Source: a virus (lineage: Duplodnaviria; Caudoviricetes). From it: a stretch of DNA of 53,642 nt. Of the stretch, positions 19,542 to 29,992 are shown in pieces (position 1 is the first letter of the stretch; each line of letters begins with the position of its first letter). The notes beneath the pieces are model-generated. The model was not told the DNA's origin. It ran no database searches and saw only the letters and a program-made list of their open reading frames with translations. The DNA is taken from positions 1 to 53,642 of the IMG/VR virus record IMGVR_UViG_3300008255_000158; one strand, written 5' to 3'. Made by a program: the position numbers and the translations under genes.

Positions 19542-19868
19542 ATGGTATGGGAGCTCGAGTGGGGCCCCCATATCGCTGCACTCAAAAAGAGGGTGGAACG
19601 GGGTGACCCAGTGCCAGCTCTCGAGAATATGCCCACTGTGTTCGATGACCTCCGATGGGTCTATGACGGGTTCAGTGAGCTAAACAGCCAACGGAGGGTC
19701 AACCAAGTGCCTAATCGAATTAACGTAGTTGAGGTCGATACTTGGTTGACTCTCAATGGCATTGACGATCCAGATGACCGACTGTTCTTTTGGCGAATGG
19801 TCAGAGCTATGGACTCGGCATGGATGGATCGTGCCCACAAAGAAATCAAGCGGAAGATGGGTAAATAG
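19542..19868 (+). CDS. Tail chaperone frameshift extension (T part of GT)
   Basis: In the -1 frame of the chaperone; ends 3 nt before the tape measure start. Confidence 0.8.
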   Translation: MVWELEWGPHIAALKKRVERGDPVPALENMPTVFDDLRWVYDGFSELNSQRRVNQVPNRINVVEVDTWLTLNGIDDPDDRLFFWRMVRAMDSAWMDRAHKEIKRKMGK

Positions 19869-19871
19869 CTA

Positions 19872-22589
19872 ATGCCGACACTTAAGCTTGGAATTGACGC
19901 TCGCGGTGCAAAGAGGGGCGCAGACCAGTTCACCACCGCAACTCGAAGGACGACTGACGGGGCGGATCGCACCGGCAGGAGCGTCAAGAAGCTTGATGAC
20001 GGAATGAGCAGGATGGGTAGTACAGCAACTCGAGTTGCTGGGCTCGTCAGTGCTGCATTTACGGCTATCGGGGCGGGTATTGGCATTCGCGGCGCAATCA
20101 AGACCATCGCTAGTTTCGAGGAGACACTCGCAACTCTCGAAGCAGTCACGGGTGCCAACGATGTCTCGATGAGAGCTCTTCAGGATACGGCTCGAGAACT
20201 TGGTGCTGTGACCAAGTTCTCGGCCACTGAGGCGGGTGAAGGACTCGTTTTTCTCGCTCGAGCGGGTTTCTCAGCTGATGCAGCGATTGCTGCATTGCCA
20301 TCGACACTTGATCTTGCAGCGGCTGGTGCGTTGCAACTGGGCGAATCGGCGGACATCGCCTCAAATGTCCTATCTCAGTTCGGCTTGACAGCCGACGAGA
20401 TGGAGCGAGTCGCGGATACGTTGACGAAGACCGCGAACAGTTCGAATACCGACGTTAGACAGCTAGCGGAGGCGATGAAGTACGTCGGCCCCGTTGCGGG
20501 CGCATTGGGAATCAGCATTGAAGAAACAGCTTCGGCAATCGGTGTATTGGGCGACAGCGGTGTTCAGGGGTCAATGGCCGGAACGAATCTTCGTGGAGTG
20601 TTCTCGGGACTCCTGGGTCCGACGGACAAAGCGAGGAGGGCAATTGAAGAGATGGGCCTTAGCCTAAAGGACCTTGATCCCGCGACCCACTCAATCTCGG
20701 ATATCATGGACCAATTCGCCTCAAAGAATCTGACCGCCGCACAGGCAGTTGAGATCTTCGGTAGGCGAAATGCGGCCGCAGCGCTTATTCTTACTCGGGG
20801 CACCGAGAAAATTCGCGAGCTGGCGGGGGCTAATGAGGAGGCAGCGAGCGCGGCAGAGAAAGCTGCCGCGATCATGAACGACACTCTCACTGGTGCGTTC
20901 AAAGCTCTCAACTCAGCAATCGAAGAATCGTATCTCAGGCTTGGTGAGAGCTTCCTGCTCAAGTCGCTGAGGAATCTGGTCGACGGGGCGACTGACGTTA
21001 TCCGAGTCATGCTCGGGATGGAAGACCAGCTCAATGGTGACGTTGCCGCTGCAAAAGAGATGACCTCAACTGTCCAAGGGTTGTCGGCGTCAATCGCTGT
21101 CTTGTTGGCGTTCAAGCTCGCCGGGTTCTTCAATTCCGCTGCAGCTGCAGTTATCCGATTCACCATCGCTCTTGCAGCTAATCCGATTGGATTGATTGCA
21201 GTGGCGCTTGCAGCTGCTGTGGGACTCCTCGTCAAGTTCAAGGACGAGATGGTCAATGTCGGGGGACAGTCGCTCAGAGTCGGTGTGATCGTTGCAGCCG
21301 CCTTTGACGTCATTGGTGAGCGCGTAAGCATCGTATTCCATGCCATCTACGATATCGCGAAGTGGGGCTTGGACAACGTAATCTCGTTCTTCAAGCAAGT
21401 GGGTGATAATGTCGCCGCGGTCGCTCATGCTATGGGAATCAGTTGGGGCGATGTCCTCGACTTCTTCCTGGATATCACCAAGCGGGCTATCAACTGGGTG
21501 ATTGGGTACTTTGTCTTCATGGGCAAAGAGATCAAGGCGGCCTTTAACCTGATCAAAGACCAGGTCAAGACTATCATTGACACGGTTAGTGAAGTGGTAT
21601 CTGCCATCGGTGATATCGACTTGTTGTCACCGATTGAGTCTGCAACTCGGCTCAACAATGCCAAGGACCGAATCGCGCTATTGTTGTTTGGCGGTACTGC
21701 GGCGAACCTCGCGAACGCCGGTAGGCAAACGGCGATCAACGCGGCTGAGTCGTTCACGACTGACTATGTTGGTGCAGTGATTAGTGCATTGCCGAAAATC
21801 AAGACCGGGCTCAAGATTGCCATCAGTCAGATCATTGGTACTGATAGAACTTCCGAGTTGTTCAAAGCCCTTGACGTTACAACCCTGCTTGATGATATCT
21901 TGGCGAGAGCGGGTAATCTCCAACTCAAGGAAATGGCCGAGGGAAAGAAGGAATTGACGGAAGTGGGCAAGGACTTGTCAGTCGGAGTCAAGACTGAGAA
22001 GGATGCCCTCGAAGAGTTCAACAACGAGCTTGAGACGTCGGCTGACTTGACCGAGGACCTCGCTACAAAGACCGTTGAGCTGACGGCTGCTCAGAAGAGA
22101 ATTGGTGATGCTTTCTCAGACGTTGGTCGGGCATTCTCGACAACGCTTGAAGACATCGTGTTTGAATTCGAGTCAGTTGGACAGGCGCTTAAGGACCTTG
22201 CCACCAACATCAATCGAATCATCTTTGACACTTTCGTCTCTTCACCCATCCGCGACTTCTTCTCTGGATTGCCCGGGATACTCGGGCTCGTTCCCAGCGC
22301 TAACGGCAACGTCTTCTCGGGTGGAACGATTGTCCCTCATGCTGACGGTGGAGTTGTCTCGTCACCGTCAGCGTTCCCGATGAGTGATGGTCGAATTGGT
22401 ACAGTCGCCGAAGTAGCACCTGAGGCGATTGTGCCTCTCGAGCGAATCAATGGTAAGCTTGGCGTCAACACAACCGGTGGAGGGGGCAAATCGGTAACGG
22501 TCAACATGACCGTTGTAACCAACGATGCCGACTCATTCCGACGTTCTCAGCGCCAGATAATGGAGGATCTCCGCCGTGGGGTTTCATGA
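19872..22589 (+). CDS. Tape measure protein (TP901-like core)
   Basis: TKFSATEA, LARAGF, LAEAMKYVGPVA, GSMAGTNLR and ANPIG motifs; 905 aa, Ala-rich. Confidence 0.95.
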   Translation: MPTLKLGIDARGAKRGADQFTTATRRTTDGADRTGRSVKKLDDGMSRMGSTATRVAGLVSAAFTAIGAGIGIRGAIKTIASFEETLATLEAVTGANDVSMRALQDTARELGAVTKFSATEAGEGLVFLARAGFSADAAIAALPSTLDLAAAGALQLGESADIASNVLSQFGLTADEMERVADTLTKTANSSNTDVRQLAEAMKYVGPVAGALGISIEETASAIGVLGDSGVQGSMAGTNLRGVFSGLLGPTDKARRAIEEMGLSLKDLDPATHSISDIMDQFASKNLTAAQAVEIFGRRNAAAALILTRGTEKIRELAGANEEAASAAEKAAAIMNDTLTGAFKALNSAIEESYLRLGESFLLKSLRNLVDGATDVIRVMLGMEDQLNGDVAAAKEMTSTVQGLSASIAVLLAFKLAGFFNSAAAAVIRFTIALAANPIGLIAVALAAAVGLLVKFKDEMVNVGGQSLRVGVIVAAAFDVIGERVSIVFHAIYDIAKWGLDNVISFFKQVGDNVAAVAHAMGISWGDVLDFFLDITKRAINWVIGYFVFMGKEIKAAFNLIKDQVKTIIDTVSEVVSAIGDIDLLSPIESATRLNNAKDRIALLLFGGTAANLANAGRQTAINAAESFTTDYVGAVISALPKIKTGLKIAISQIIGTDRTSELFKALDVTTLLDDILARAGNLQLKEMAEGKKELTEVGKDLSVGVKTEKDALEEFNNELETSADLTEDLATKTVELTAAQKRIGDAFSDVGRAFSTTLEDIVFEFESVGQALKDLATNINRIIFDTFVSSPIRDFFSGLPGILGLVPSANGNVFSGGTIVPHADGGVVSSPSAFPMSDGRIGTVAEVAPEAIVPLERINGKLGVNTTGGGGKSVTVNMTVVTNDADSFRRSQRQIMEDLRRGVS

Positions 22590-23553
22590 AACAAGGTTTC
22601 CGACTGATATCTCCTTTGGATCGAGGGGTGGACCAGGGCTCAACACCAAGCTGATCGAGCTGAAAAGTGGACAGGAGTCGCGGATTGGTCGAATGAGTTC
22701 GGCTAAGCGGCGATTCAACGCCGTATATGGCATCCGCAACATCGACGACCTAGCGACTGTTTATGAGTTCTACATTTGCCGAGACGGGATTCTCAACGGG
22801 TTTCGGTGGAAAGACTGGCTGGACTACACCACAGCTTCTAACCACCGAGATGCACCGACAAATGCCGACGTGATTATCGGAGTCGGCGATGGTGCAACCA
22901 CCACTTTCCAGCTGAAGAAGATCTACAGCAACGGCGGGAACACGAGAACTCGAGTCATCACTAAGCCAATCGACGGCGAGACGGTCGACGAGGTCGACTA
23001 CAACGTGCTGGTTGCACTTGACGCTGTCAATCAGACGAGTGGCTTCACGGTCAACACCACCGACGGGATTATCACCTTCACACCAGCCCCGGGAAATGGT
23101 GTTGTCATCACCGCGGGGTGTGCATTTGATGTCCCCGCTCGATTCGGCAAGTCGGTCGACTTCAACCTGTCCATCCAGATCGACGGTTTCAATGCAGCGC
23201 TGATCCCCGATGTCCCGATTGTCGAGTTGATCGATGAGATCGCCGTTGACGAAGAGCCATATCACGGGGGTGGGACGGATCATGGTGCAGTGGCGTCGGA
23301 CGTCTCCATCACTACTCTACAGGGTAGAGTCCAACGATTCGCTCCTGTCTCGGGCAACGTCAGTGTGACCCTCCCAGACTATGCGAGCATTCCGCCAGGT
23401 GGACCAATTTTCTTCATCATCAATGAGGGCACTAGTAACGTCAAGGTTCTTGATCATCTGACCAACCTCATAATCACACTCACCGCCAGCAGTTCTGCGT
23501 CGCTTCTGCTGACCATTGATGCCACGAGCACCAAGGAGTGGGTGGCGGTATGA
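22576..23553 (+). CDS. Distal tail protein (DUF2460 / GTA-like) with C-terminal extension
   Basis: FHETRFP.DIS.GSRGGP, GFRWKDWLDY, GDG.TT.FQL.K.Y and FDVPARF; ~100 extra residues. Confidence 0.9.
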   Translation: MGFHETRFPTDISFGSRGGPGLNTKLIELKSGQESRIGRMSSAKRRFNAVYGIRNIDDLATVYEFYICRDGILNGFRWKDWLDYTTASNHRDAPTNADVIIGVGDGATTTFQLKKIYSNGGNTRTRVITKPIDGETVDEVDYNVLVALDAVNQTSGFTVNTTDGIITFTPAPGNGVVITAGCAFDVPARFGKSVDFNLSIQIDGFNAALIPDVPIVELIDEIAVDEEPYHGGGTDHGAVASDVSITTLQGRVQRFAPVSGNVSVTLPDYASIPPGGPIFFIINEGTSNVKVLDHLTNLIITLTASSSASLLLTIDATSTKEWVAV

Positions 23554-24710
23554 CGATGAGCTATGAAGCGTACAATGGCGGTGCTGTGCGGATGTCGGGG
23601 ACAAGCACATTCTATGCGCGTCTCGACACAAAAGTCCATCGAGTCAGCGCTACAGGTACCCAGGACTTCATTCTCCCGGACGCACGGCTTTTCAAAGTCG
23701 GTGGCCCCATCTTCTATGTATGGGCAACTGGAGACACTCTCGAGATTAGGTCAGTGGATGTAGGTGTGTCGCTGGGGACTGTGACCACCGGAAACATTGC
23801 TGCTGTCTACCTGCTCGACAACTCAACAGCCGTGGGGACGTGGATTGTGGTCATCAAGGCCGCAAACACAGCCACCACTGGGTTGTTCGCCAATCGTGAC
23901 CTCAGGGTTGTGTATTCGGCTGGTCCGAGCAACGTCCATAGCAAGTATGACTTCAGCGCGGCCACCTGGTCGGCGGATACCACCTCTACATATTCGCGTG
24001 AGTTCTCAGTGGGATTCAGGCTTGCTGAGGCCATGTTTCTGAATGGATACAACTCAGCAGTGACGAGGTGCAAGCGAGTCGAGCGATGGAAGTCGGGCGC
24101 TTGGGCTGTGATGACAGACCACACCGTCTTCCATGTCAAATCGGCTGGCGATGCAGTAAACGGCATCGGATACATGATGTCGGGGGAGACTAATCTGTCA
24201 TGCACCGCCTACGCTCAGTTGACAGACGCCTGGAGCGTCCTAGCGGACTCCCCGTACAATCGAAGTCGATCTGTCGCTCGGGGGGTCGCGGGACGCTTGT
24301 ACTTGATTGCTGGGCTTCCCGCGCTTCAACCCAGTTTCAAGTACTTCCCCAAAGACGATACCTTCGAGAACATCACCGACTATACCACTTTCAATCGCCA
24401 TGACATCGCTGCATTTGCTCTCAAGCAGTGGGTGTTCACGATGGGCGGATATGACCTTGTCACGCACACAGACGCAGTCGAGGCATACAATACGCTCACC
24501 GACGCCTGGGTTGTCACGACAAGTCTCCCATCGGCGAGGTATTCTGGTGCGGGGATATCAGATTCAGAGATAGGCTATTACTGCGGTGGAGCGAACAGCT
24601 CTGATACACTACAGAACAGCGCCCACGACTATCGATCAGGTACTTGGGCATCAATTGGCACTATGCCCACGACACACGGTCGCGTGGCTGGTTCAGGAGT
24701 AGCACTGTGA
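23550..24710 (+). CDS. Kelch-repeat beta-propeller protein, candidate receptor-binding protein
   Basis: Repeated GG...Y....W..P units (MGGYD...YNTLTDAW, CGGAN...W...MP). Confidence 0.8.
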   Translation: MTMSYEAYNGGAVRMSGTSTFYARLDTKVHRVSATGTQDFILPDARLFKVGGPIFYVWATGDTLEIRSVDVGVSLGTVTTGNIAAVYLLDNSTAVGTWIVVIKAANTATTGLFANRDLRVVYSAGPSNVHSKYDFSAATWSADTTSTYSREFSVGFRLAEAMFLNGYNSAVTRCKRVERWKSGAWAVMTDHTVFHVKSAGDAVNGIGYMMSGETNLSCTAYAQLTDAWSVLADSPYNRSRSVARGVAGRLYLIAGLPALQPSFKYFPKDDTFENITDYTTFNRHDIAAFALKQWVFTMGGYDLVTHTDAVEAYNTLTDAWVVTTSLPSARYSGAGISDSEIGYYCGGANSSDTLQNSAHDYRSGTWASIGTMPTTHGRVAGSGVAL

Positions 24711-25315
24711 GTAACGACCTCAATTCCCTCTACGATCTCATTGAGCACTACAATCCCAAGCACTCGGCTTTCCAGATCAACAACTTCATGGTCGGCCGTC
24801 AACCCACTCTCTGGGGTGCATTCCGCCAGGCGCTTCGAGAGCTGTTCCCCCGGTACTTTGAGCTTGATCGGAAGACCGGTCCCAACGACTTGTCTGTTCA
24901 ATCCATCGAGGAACAGATAGACATGGCTCATCGCAAGAGGGAGTTTTGCCACCTGTTTCTGATCGCACAAAAGCTCAAAGCCCAACTGGGCCCATTGACT
25001 CCCCAGAGAGTCGAGGAACTCGAGGCTGAGTACTGGGTGGCGCGTCTGCGTGATGATGCAGTGATGGACCTCATGGGACATGGCCGGGTAACCCGTGAGA
25101 CTCTCGAGGCTATCTCCAATCTACCGATTGAGCCCCGTGCCAAGCTCTTTACCGAGATCAGTGAACATTCACACCAACTCGCTCTGATCGAGTCGTTCCA
25201 GAACCGCGAAAACTTCACCCCCGTTGTCACTCACCTTGAGATCAACGAGCTGGTTCCCCGTACAACCAAGCTGATCGAGGACTTTCATTCATGCTCACTC
25301 ATCCAAGCAACCTGA
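24707..25315 (+). CDS. Hypothetical helical protein (possible fibre chaperone)
   Basis: AGGAG RBS; GTG overlaps the Kelch stop; HSAFQI..F...T.WG.FRQALREL. Confidence 0.6.
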   Translation: MSNDLNSLYDLIEHYNPKHSAFQINNFMVGRQPTLWGAFRQALRELFPRYFELDRKTGPNDLSVQSIEEQIDMAHRKREFCHLFLIAQKLKAQLGPLTPQRVEELEAEYWVARLRDDAVMDLMGHGRVTRETLEAISNLPIEPRAKLFTEISEHSHQLALIESFQNRENFTPVVTHLEINELVPRTTKLIEDFHSCSLIQAT

Positions 25316-26160
25316 TCGGCATAACAAGCCAGCAGGTGATGCGGCTAAGCTACGCTTGGCAGATCACTCGAGTTGATGGGACCATTCTCCGATTCACCGA
25401 CCACAACCGGGTCGTGACAATCGACTCGAATGAGTACACCCCAGTTGGTGGATTCGACAGCTCCGCCTATCGTGAACAAGACGCTCTTCGTGAGAGCGAG
25501 ATCCAGTTCAACGGTGTTATCCAGTCCTCATACGTCATCGAAGCCGACCTGATCGCGGGAAGGTACGAGGAGGCTGAGGTTCTCGAGTACTTGTTCGATT
25601 GGCGAGTCCCATGGGCTGGGTCGATTCAGACAACGAAGTTCTGGATTTCAAACCTCAAGTTCAATGGTGAAGTCTGGCAGGCAAGTCTGACCGACGTCTC
25701 GAGATATCTGAGGCAGCGAGTTGGTGAAGTCTTTGGTCGAACTTGTCCGCATCAGCTCGGTGATTCGAGGTGCGGAGTGAACCTCGCTGGATTCACAGTT
25801 TCAAGCGTTCGGGTTGTCGGGATGGTCGACGGCGAGAAGAGGCGAATCATCCTGGCCAATTCTGTTGACCTGGGTGGCGGGTTCATCGACGACTATTTCA
25901 CTGAGGGTGAGGTCGAAATGACCTCTGGGGATAACGACGGGCTAAAACGTGATGTGAAGCTCTACACCCAAGCTGACCGGCGAATCGAACTCCAGGTCCC
26001 CTTCCCGTTCATCGTTGCGCCCGGCGATACGTTCGACATCATCGCCGGGTGCAACAAGCTCAGAACTACTTGTATTGGCACTTTCTCAAACATCGACAAC
26101 AATGGCTCATTCCCATTCATTCCCGGCAACGACCGAGTCCTGCAGACTCCGCAGACCTGA
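25291..26160 (+). CDS. Baseplate hub protein (DUF2163 / BR0599-like)
   Basis: W.ITR.DG....FTDH, C...LGD.RC and GC.K...TC...F.N..N..FP.IPG. Confidence 0.9.
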   Translation: MLTHPSNLIGITSQQVMRLSYAWQITRVDGTILRFTDHNRVVTIDSNEYTPVGGFDSSAYREQDALRESEIQFNGVIQSSYVIEADLIAGRYEEAEVLEYLFDWRVPWAGSIQTTKFWISNLKFNGEVWQASLTDVSRYLRQRVGEVFGRTCPHQLGDSRCGVNLAGFTVSSVRVVGMVDGEKRRIILANSVDLGGGFIDDYFTEGEVEMTSGDNDGLKRDVKLYTQADRRIELQVPFPFIVAPGDTFDIIAGCNKLRTTCIGTFSNIDNNGSFPFIPGNDRVLQTPQT

Positions 26161-26563
26161 CGTTGTCGAGTACGCTCGTACCCTACTAAATACGCCTTTC
26201 GTTCACCAAGGTCGTCTAGAGGGAGTGGGCATTGATTGCATCGGTGCTCTGGTCTGCATTGCCAAGCATTTTGACATTCCTCACAAAGACCACAAGTCGT
26301 ACAGCCGAAAGCCGAATGGGACGTTGATCAAGAGGCTAGTCAATGCCGGGTTGATCGAGAGACCCAATTTGGTTTTAGAGCCGTGTAGTGTGCTTGTGTT
26401 TGAGATTCGGCGCGAGCCCTATCATGTCGGCATTATGACTAGCGCGGTAACTATGCTTCACACTCACTCGGGTGTCGGGTGTGTTGTCGAGCATCGGCTT
26501 GACCACAAATGGCTTAAACGCCTCCACAGCGTCTGGGAGTTTCCAGTAAAATGGCAGCAATAA
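26102..26563 (+). CDS. Tail-associated NlpC/P60 peptidase
   Basis: AR..L.TPF.HQGR...G.DC.G, HVGI and H catalytic pattern; start uncertain (nearest in-frame ATG is 26102). Confidence 0.85.
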   Translation: MAHSHSFPATTESCRLRRPDVVEYARTLLNTPFVHQGRLEGVGIDCIGALVCIAKHFDIPHKDHKSYSRKPNGTLIKRLVNAGLIERPNLVLEPCSVLVFEIRREPYHVGIMTSAVTMLHTHSGVGCVVEHRLDHKWLKRLHSVWEFPVKWQQ

Positions 26564-29157
26564 CAGGAGCCGTTCTCGGCAGCGTCATCCCAATCCCGGG
26601 CGCTAACTTTGCGCTCGCGGCGCTGGGATCGTACATCGACCAGCAGTTCATTCTCCCAGCGATCCTCCCGTCTGACGACATCGAGGGCCCGAGGCTGAAT
26701 GAGCTTCGGATTCAAAGTGCAGAGGAGGGGTCGCCAGTCAACTATTTGATTGGGACGAACAATCGAGTAGCAGGTACCATTATCTGGGTTAGCGATATCA
26801 TCGAGTCAAAGCAGACCAATACAGTTGGAGGGAAGGGCGGTGGACAGAAGACTGTCCAATATAGCTACTACGTCTCCATCGCGGTGGCTGTTGCTGGTCG
26901 TCAGGAGATTACGGGCTTCACGAAGATTCTTGCCGAGGGCAAGAAGATCTGGGAAGACTCGGTGTCGCCATCCGTCGCTAGTTCACTATTGTCGGTCAAT
27001 CACCTCGGCGGTAAGAACACTGATATTGAGTCACCCAACGGTGGACCAGACTTGTCGGTATTTCGACCCGGTCAGGGGATCACAATTGCCGGTTTCTCTA
27101 ACGGGTCAAATAACGGCACTTTCATCGTCCTGGCTTCTTCCTACACCGCAGGCACGGGGACGTCGAGAGTTCGGGTTAAGAATTTCTCTGGCACAGACGA
27201 GGTCGCTGGCGCCTCAGTGACCCTATCGCAAACACTGCCGAACTTCGTCACTGCCGACATGGCCGATATCACCCTCTATTCCGGGTCGTTGACCCAAGAC
27301 CCAGATCCTCTGATTGAGAGCTTCGAAGGCGTCGGCAATGTTCCTGGATTCAGAGGCATTGCCTATGTCTCTATCGAAATGCTTGCGCTCAAGTCTTATG
27401 GTAACAGAATCCCCCAGTTCAACTTCATCACCGACGCAAACTCAGGCGTGCTAAGCACGGTGTTTGCGAATCTCCTGACCCGAGCGGGTCTGAGTGGTAG
27501 TGACTACGACACTTCGGGACTATCGGGCTTGACAGTCGATGGATACTCGATCTCAGGCCCGGAAGCGACAAGCCGAGCACTTCAGCCCCTGATGACCGCT
27601 TTCGACATCGTGGAGCAACCGACAGCTACTGGGGGAATCAAATTCTTTCAACGGTCCGACGCCACTATCATCGACGTTGATCCCCTCGACCTCGCTGCTC
27701 ATCCCGAGGGCGAAGACACACCGATGGATATGCAGATCGAACCGATGGAGTCGATCAATCTCCCGAGCGAAGTCAACGTTGACTATCTCGATCCACTGTT
27801 GAATGATCAGAAGGGCTCTCAGCGCGAGCGTCGCCGCGTCTACGATATCGACGCAGTCCAGAACGTCAATCTACCACTTGTCCTTAGTGGCGGTGCAGCG
27901 GAGGCAAAAGCAATTGCAAAGCGGCTGATGTGGACCGCGGTCAACTCGCGACAGACCGTACTTGTCCAACTGCCGTTTAAGTACTCTCACGCCCAGAAGA
28001 ACGACGTTCTGCGATTCACTCGAGGGGGAATCACCTGGTTCTTGTTGATCCATCGAAAGGACCGGGGCGAGAACTTCATCCTGCAGTTCGAGTGCACTAT
28101 CGAGCTCAAGTCGTCGTTAATTCAATCGGCAGTTGCTGAGGACCCCGTGACCAATGAGCCCAACAGATTCTTCCCAGCGCCTATCGACTTGGTCCCCTAC
28201 GACGGTCCGCCGACTATTGACGTTCCCGGCGACATCCCCAGCAATACCCCAACTCAGACAGTCATGATCATGTTCGGGGTATCGAAAAAAGACTCGAGTA
28301 CTCGGACTCTCTGGGGCGGGGCTCGTATCCTCGACTCTGAAGACGACCTGGAATTCTATGAGTTCTCGTCGGCAGTCGAGCAGTCGTGCACCGGGTTTGC
28401 TCTTACAGCACTCAGCGCTGGAACCCCGGGAATTTGGGATCGGGTCAATACCGTCGATGTCGAGATGTGGAATGGCACACTCGAAACTAAGACTGAGCTC
28501 GAGGTCCTCAACGGCCAGAATCGAATGGTGCTGGGCACTGAGGTCATTGGATTCGCCACTGCAGCACTGATTGGGACTAATCAGTGGCGATTGAGCACGT
28601 TGCTCCGTGGGCTGACCGACACACTTGACCAGATGGGGACTCATGCTATCGCTGAGCAGCTGATTCACTTGAATGGAGGGGGCTTGTTGTTCCGTCCAGT
28701 GAGTGCTGCTCAGATCGGTACTACGAGGTACTACAAAGCAGTCCCTGCTGGTGGCGAAGAGGCCGACTCTGACTCTGTCGCAGTAACGATTGGACCTCGG
28801 TCTATTCAGCCTTTCTCACCCGTGCACTTGAACGCCACCCGAAGCACCACAGGCGATGACGTTACCTTGGAGTGGATTCGGCGGAGTCGTCGAATCTGCA
28901 AGGTGCTCGGTCCCTACGCCTCGCCCCTTGAAGAATCGGTCGAAAAGTACGAAGTCGACATTCTCACCACTGGGACGTCGACTGTGCTTCGGACTATTGA
29001 TGTCGAGAGTGCAGCGACTGTGGACTACACCGAAGCAATGCAGACTGCGGACGGCTTGACAGCAGGGGCATCGCCGTTTGACTTTATCGTATACATGATG
29101 AACCCCACTGTTGGTAGGGGTCGCGCCTCTGATACTTACACTGTTCCTGGAGCTTGA
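26551..29157 (+). CDS. Central tail-tip / megatron-like protein
   Basis: EGPRL..L, GGKGG, Y.GS..Q.PDP.I, P.FRG.AY, YGNRIP, WRLS.LLRG and WIRRSR. Confidence 0.9.
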   Translation: MAAITGAVLGSVIPIPGANFALAALGSYIDQQFILPAILPSDDIEGPRLNELRIQSAEEGSPVNYLIGTNNRVAGTIIWVSDIIESKQTNTVGGKGGGQKTVQYSYYVSIAVAVAGRQEITGFTKILAEGKKIWEDSVSPSVASSLLSVNHLGGKNTDIESPNGGPDLSVFRPGQGITIAGFSNGSNNGTFIVLASSYTAGTGTSRVRVKNFSGTDEVAGASVTLSQTLPNFVTADMADITLYSGSLTQDPDPLIESFEGVGNVPGFRGIAYVSIEMLALKSYGNRIPQFNFITDANSGVLSTVFANLLTRAGLSGSDYDTSGLSGLTVDGYSISGPEATSRALQPLMTAFDIVEQPTATGGIKFFQRSDATIIDVDPLDLAAHPEGEDTPMDMQIEPMESINLPSEVNVDYLDPLLNDQKGSQRERRRVYDIDAVQNVNLPLVLSGGAAEAKAIAKRLMWTAVNSRQTVLVQLPFKYSHAQKNDVLRFTRGGITWFLLIHRKDRGENFILQFECTIELKSSLIQSAVAEDPVTNEPNRFFPAPIDLVPYDGPPTIDVPGDIPSNTPTQTVMIMFGVSKKDSSTRTLWGGARILDSEDDLEFYEFSSAVEQSCTGFALTALSAGTPGIWDRVNTVDVEMWNGTLETKTELEVLNGQNRMVLGTEVIGFATAALIGTNQWRLSTLLRGLTDTLDQMGTHAIAEQLIHLNGGGLLFRPVSAAQIGTTRYYKAVPAGGEEADSDSVAVTIGPRSIQPFSPVHLNATRSTTGDDVTLEWIRRSRRICKVLGPYASPLEESVEKYEVDILTTGTSTVLRTIDVESAATVDYTEAMQTADGLTAGASPFDFIVYMMNPTVGRGRASDTYTVPGA

Positions 29158-29159
29158 TC

Positions 29160-29852
29160 ATGACACAGCCGACCTCCTCACGATTCGGTCTACCGCTATT
29201 GGCTGAAAACCAGAACTCAGCTGAGATCACCGTTAACCAGTTCACCAATTTGATGGAGGCGCTAAACGGTGGTGGGCTTATTCCGATTGTCGAGTCGAAC
29301 CTCAACACTCCACCGGGATCGCCGACCAATGGCCAAGTCTGGGTCATTGGGTCATCCCCGACTGGTGCATGGGCATCCAACGCCGACGAGCTTGTCATCT
29401 ATTTGGATGGGTGGTTTTTCTTCGACATCAGCTCGGCGGACCTGTCAACTCCTGTCATGGCGTTTGACGCAACGGCCAAGGAGATGATTGCGTTCTCGCC
29501 GTTCGAGGACTTGTGGTACCCCGTGCAAGATCGGTGGTCCGCGACACAGCACTGGACTGGTCGGTATCAGAACGGCGTCAAGCTGTACAGCAAGTCGCTG
29601 CTGAACATCACGGCGCCTGGGTCATTGGCAACTGTCAACACTGCCCACAGCATTACCTCGCTTAACCTGGATGAGCGGATTAATTTTGAGATCTGTTGGT
29701 TCCACAATACCGGTGGTGCTGTCGCTTTCTCAGCGCCGCTTGCCCAGGTCCAACACACCATCGATGGGACCAATTTTGCGATGGTCGATGGATCGGGAAT
29801 GGATTGGTCAGCGTGGAGAGTTGACGTTCGACTTGAGTACACAGTCGACTAG
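29160..29852 (+). CDS. DUF2793-like tail fibre protein
   Basis: R..LPLL...Q...EIT.N and PP.SP..GQ.W.IG..PTGAW. Confidence 0.8.
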   Translation: MTQPTSSRFGLPLLAENQNSAEITVNQFTNLMEALNGGGLIPIVESNLNTPPGSPTNGQVWVIGSSPTGAWASNADELVIYLDGWFFFDISSADLSTPVMAFDATAKEMIAFSPFEDLWYPVQDRWSATQHWTGRYQNGVKLYSKSLLNITAPGSLATVNTAHSITSLNLDERINFEICWFHNTGGAVAFSAPLAQVQHTIDGTNFAMVDGSGMDWSAWRVDVRLEYTVD

Positions 29853-29936
29853 CGAGCTACGGCGTGATTTTGGCGTCCCTGGGACGCTTATCACGAGACG
29901 ATGACTGTCTGAGCTCGGAATCAACTAAAGCAGCTA

Positions 29937-29978
29937 TAGAGACGCCCCCAACTCTGTGATGAGCCGGGGGCGTTTCTA
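29937..29978. terminator. Hairpin terminator between the convergent arms
   Basis: TAGAGACGCCCCC / GGGGGCGTTTCTA inverted repeat. Confidence 0.65.
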
Positions 29979-29992
29979 GTCAGCCGGGTCTA

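Noticed and set aside
22576-29852. Gene transfer agent
   Set aside because: The tail tip is GTA-like, but a full replication module and long tape measure indicate an autonomous phage
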